Below are positions 63,235 through 64,000 of a stretch of DNA of 64,000 nucleotides, one piece after another (positions within the stretch are counted from its first letter, which is position 1; each line of letters opens with the position of its first letter). Position numbers and translations under genes: made by a program. The notes beneath the pieces are model-generated. The model had not been told where the DNA came from. It searched no databases and was given only the letters and a program-made list of their open reading frames with translations. The stretch is taken from contig JAXHNB010000005.1 of NCBI GenBank assembly GCA_034520945.1, positions 224,001 through 288,000 of the forward strand, given 5' to 3'. The DNA comes from Trueperaceae bacterium. GTDB lineage: Bacteria > Deinococcota > Deinococci > Deinococcales > Trueperaceae.

Positions 63235-63552
63235 TTGGGATGGGTGTTGATGCTCGCGGCCTTCGGGTACGCCGTGTCGGGCGCGTTCGGGGCCTGGACG
63301 GTGGTGCGGCGCCGACCGCGGCTGGCGTTCCTGTTCATGACGGCGGCGTCGGTGCTCACGGTCGGCGGTGTGGCCGCCGCCTATCGCCTGCCCGAGACCT
63401 GGTGGCTGCTGGCGCTCGGCGCGGCGGGATCCTCGCTGGCCTCGTACCTGAACGCTCGCCTGGTTCTGGGGAGGATGGTGGCGCGCAACCACGCCGCCCG
63501 CGCCGTGGCGGGCGCCCTGCTGGCGGTGCTGGCGGCGTGGACGTTGCCGTGA
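63235..63552 (+). CDS. Small integral membrane protein
   Basis: About 4 hydrophobic segments; start is TTG 63235 or ATG 63250. Confidence 0.55.
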   Translation: MGWVLMLAAFGYAVSGAFGAWTVVRRRPRLAFLFMTAASVLTVGGVAAAYRLPETWWLLALGAAGSSLASYLNARLVLGRMVARNHAARAVAGALLAVLAAWTLP

Positions 63553-63604
63553 GGCGCCCGGCGCGCAGGGGCGCCGCCGGGCGCCGACCCTGCGCCGCCG
63601 ACGC

Positions 63605-64000
63605 TCAGAACGCCGCGTGCCCCGTGATTTCCCGCCCCAACAGCAGGGTGTGCACCGTGTCGGTCCCCTCGTAGGTCGACACCGTCTCCAGGTTCAGCAT
63701 GTGCCGAATGGCCGCGTACTCGGTGGTGATGCCGTTCCCGCCCAGCAGGTCGCGGGCGGCCCGTGCCACATTCAGTGCAGCGCGCACATTGTCGCGCTTG
63801 GCGAGGCTGACGCGAGCGGGGGTGTCCTTGCCGTCGTCCTTGAGGCGTCCCAGGTGGTAGGCCAGCAGGCTTCCCTTGGTCAGGTCGCCCAGCATGTCCG
63901 CCAGGCGGGCCTGCACCAGCTGCTTGGCGCTCAGCGGCTCGCCGAAGGCGGGGCGCTCCTCGAGGTAGCGCACCGCCTCCTCGAAGCAGGCGAAGCCCGC
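63605..64000 (-). CDS. Acyl-CoA dehydrogenase (glutaryl-CoA DH-like), C-terminal part
   Basis: VSLAKRDN, LGGNGITTEY, LETVSTYEGTDTVH, GREITG. Confidence 0.88.
   Translation of the reverse strand, partial: AGFACFEEAVRYLEERPAFGEPLSAKQLVQARLADMLGDLTKGSLLAYHLGRLKDDGKDTPARVSLAKRDNVRAALNVARAARDLLGGNGITTEYAAIRHMLNLETVSTYEGTDTVHTLLLGREITGHAAF

Overview
A gene-dense, very GC-rich bacterial chromosomal segment, most likely Deinococcota (Trueperaceae-like). That assignment is inferred from the L28/L31 sequence types, a DdrA/Rad52-like gene, a DUF4384-PEGA protein and pervasive leaderless genes. It carries about 55 mostly housekeeping CDSs: an argG-GNAT-argH-argA operon, gyrA, purB, fumC, bshA, tsaD, thrB, nnr, methylmalonyl-CoA mutase, pyrE, rpmB, znuACB, a UbiD-family gene, rpmE, aroA-cmk-nadK, a cobalamin riboswitch with btuFCD, sqdB/sqdX and a DUF1998 helicase. 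I saw no tRNA, rRNA, CRISPR array, prophage or IS element. The strongest unannotated signal is the argG leader. It has a sigma70 promoter, tandem ARG boxes and a hidden 14-codon Arg-rich leader peptide ([14 protein letters not shown]), followed by mutually exclusive stems ending in an SD-sequestering hairpin, which suggests an arginine-sensing translational attenuator. Other notable signals are a compositionally anomalous, frameshifted sqdB, a candidate Zur operator over a leaderless znuA start, a Fur-YibE/F coupling, and a structured leader/uORF ahead of rpmB. Start codons were adjusted by eye where the ORF track over-extends. No searches were run, so all family calls are from motif recognition.
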